Shown here in pieces: positions 63,155 to 64,000 of a DNA stretch of 64,000 nt. The DNA is from a virus. Taxonomy: Duplodnaviria; Heunggongvirae; Uroviricota; Caudoviricetes. A model generated the notes under the pieces. The model was not told where the DNA came from and did not search any database. It saw only the letters and a list, made by a program, of their open reading frames with translations. Position numbers and translations under genes: made by a program. The first letter of the stretch is position 1. The number at the start of each line of letters is the position of its first letter. The stretch spans positions 32,466 through 96,465 of IMG/VR virus record IMGVR_UViG_3300035520_000350; one strand, given 5' to 3'.

Positions 63155-64000
63155 TTATAACTTAGACAAGTCTACTGGATTCTTCTGAAAGTATTCAGCG
63201 CATATTGCGTTTACTGATGCTGGATCTTCTAAGTCTATTAAACTAATCATCTTAGACTCTACTGAATCATTATAGATCCCTCTAAAGAACTCTACATCTA
63301 AAGCCTTATATCTAGCATCTGCTATCTGTACTGGAAACTGAGCATTACCAAACTGAGCTATAGATTCCATAGATACTTTTATAGATTCACTACCCACTAT
63401 ATCATATATAGCTTTATGAGCTGATGTGATATTGAGTATTGACTTATAATTTCTCTCTGGATATCTAGATAGAGCAGATAAGATAACAGAGTTTACTGGA
63501 TGTATCATCATATTGGATGAATGAAATGATACATTAATTCTATGATTGCAGTACATATCCCAGAAGTTAGTTATATGAGCTGGATGATCTTTCTGAGTAA
63601 TACAAACAGAGTTATCTTGATCACCAAACTTCTTAGGCTTTATATATGATGTATTAGGATGCAATTCTGTAAGTTGCATAGGATATACATCCTTAGATAA
63701 GATTAGATTAGGAATACTACTATCTCCCATTGATATAAGATGATCAATAAGAACAGAAGATTCAAAACCAGTCTGCAGAAAGTATATATCTTGTAGAAAC
63801 GGACATATTGTCTCAAGAAGATTACAGTTAAGATCTATCATTTCTTTGATAGTCTTATTCTGCATCTTCTTATAGAATGTCTCGTTATATCCTGCTACAA
63901 ACTTTCTGTTGATATCACATACGTTATAACTCAGTATGAGATATATCTTAGCATTTACTCCAAGTCGTCTAAAGAACGTTCTGTAGTGACCACACATATT
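63155..64000 (-). CDS. Hypothetical protein, at least 280 aa. Possibly partial; the frame is open to the window edge.
   Basis: ORF only. Confidence 0.4.
   Translation of the reverse strand, partial: NMCGHYRTFFRRLGVNAKIYLILSYNVCDINRKFVAGYNETFYKKMQNKTIKEMIDLNCNLLETICPFLQDIYFLQTGFESSVLIDHLISMGDSSIPNLILSKDVYPMQLTELHPNTSYIKPKKFGDQDNSVCITQKDHPAHITNFWDMYCNHRINVSFHSSNMMIHPVNSVILSALSRYPERNYKSILNITSAHKAIYDIVGSESIKVSMESIAQFGNAQFPVQIADARYKALDVEFFRGIYNDSVESKMISLIDLEDPASVNAICAEYFQKNPVDLSKL

Overview
Reading by eye only (no searches run), this 64 kb window looks like part of a large tailed-phage genome. It is AT-rich, and genes have strong AGGAGG-type Shine-Dalgarno sites, which fits a low-GC Gram-positive host. 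Genes are bounded by many clean hairpin plus T-run terminators, often shared by convergent pairs.

Modules I can support:
- A transcription cluster at 2466-3395: a sigma-70 region-4 protein followed, in frame after its TAG stop, by an RNAP alpha-CTD-like domain that has no start codon.
- A 2012-aa giant protein at 5985-12023 (minus) with an N-terminal Nudix box and a C-terminal half that resembles RNA polymerase beta (RpoB).
- A lysis-type cassette at 15213-19295 (minus): an Ig-like repeat protein, a two-repeat SH3b-like cell-wall-binding protein, a single-TM holin-like protein, and a CHAP-type peptidoglycan hydrolase with a LysM-like tail.
- A 4.3 kb non-coding island at about 20560-24880 that is almost free of C on the plus strand and is built from degenerate repeats with an apparent ~1.1 kb periodicity.
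- Class III anaerobic ribonucleotide reductase NrdD at 25988-29032, interrupted by a LAGLIDADG intein, followed by a NrdG-like ORF that has lost its radical-SAM cysteines.
- A 1.6 kb non-coding RNA locus at 29890-31490: a tRNA-Tyr(GTA), at least three tRNA-like modules sharing the 12-mer YTAACAGCAAAY upstream of a T-arm hairpin, and a GC-rich structured element.
- Next to that locus, an SPFH protein with a coupled small membrane protein, and a vWA protein (MIDAS motif DTSGSM) with Ro60-like architecture; one more tRNA-like module lies in sense orientation just upstream of the vWA gene. I read this as a candidate Ro60 plus Y-RNA (YrlA-like tRNA mimic) system carried by the phage.
- A 3589-aa tape-measure-like protein at 35539-46305 with glycine-zipper repeats, four ~65-aa repeats, and three C-terminal cell-wall hydrolase domains (C39-like peptidase, lysozyme-like, CHAP).
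- A RusA resolvase, a probable structural block on the minus strand (49023-53885), and a tandem array of paralogous helical proteins at 56890-61093.
- A conserved promoter-like element, TAGCTCAACATNNTATAAT in minus sense, upstream of three minus-strand genes.
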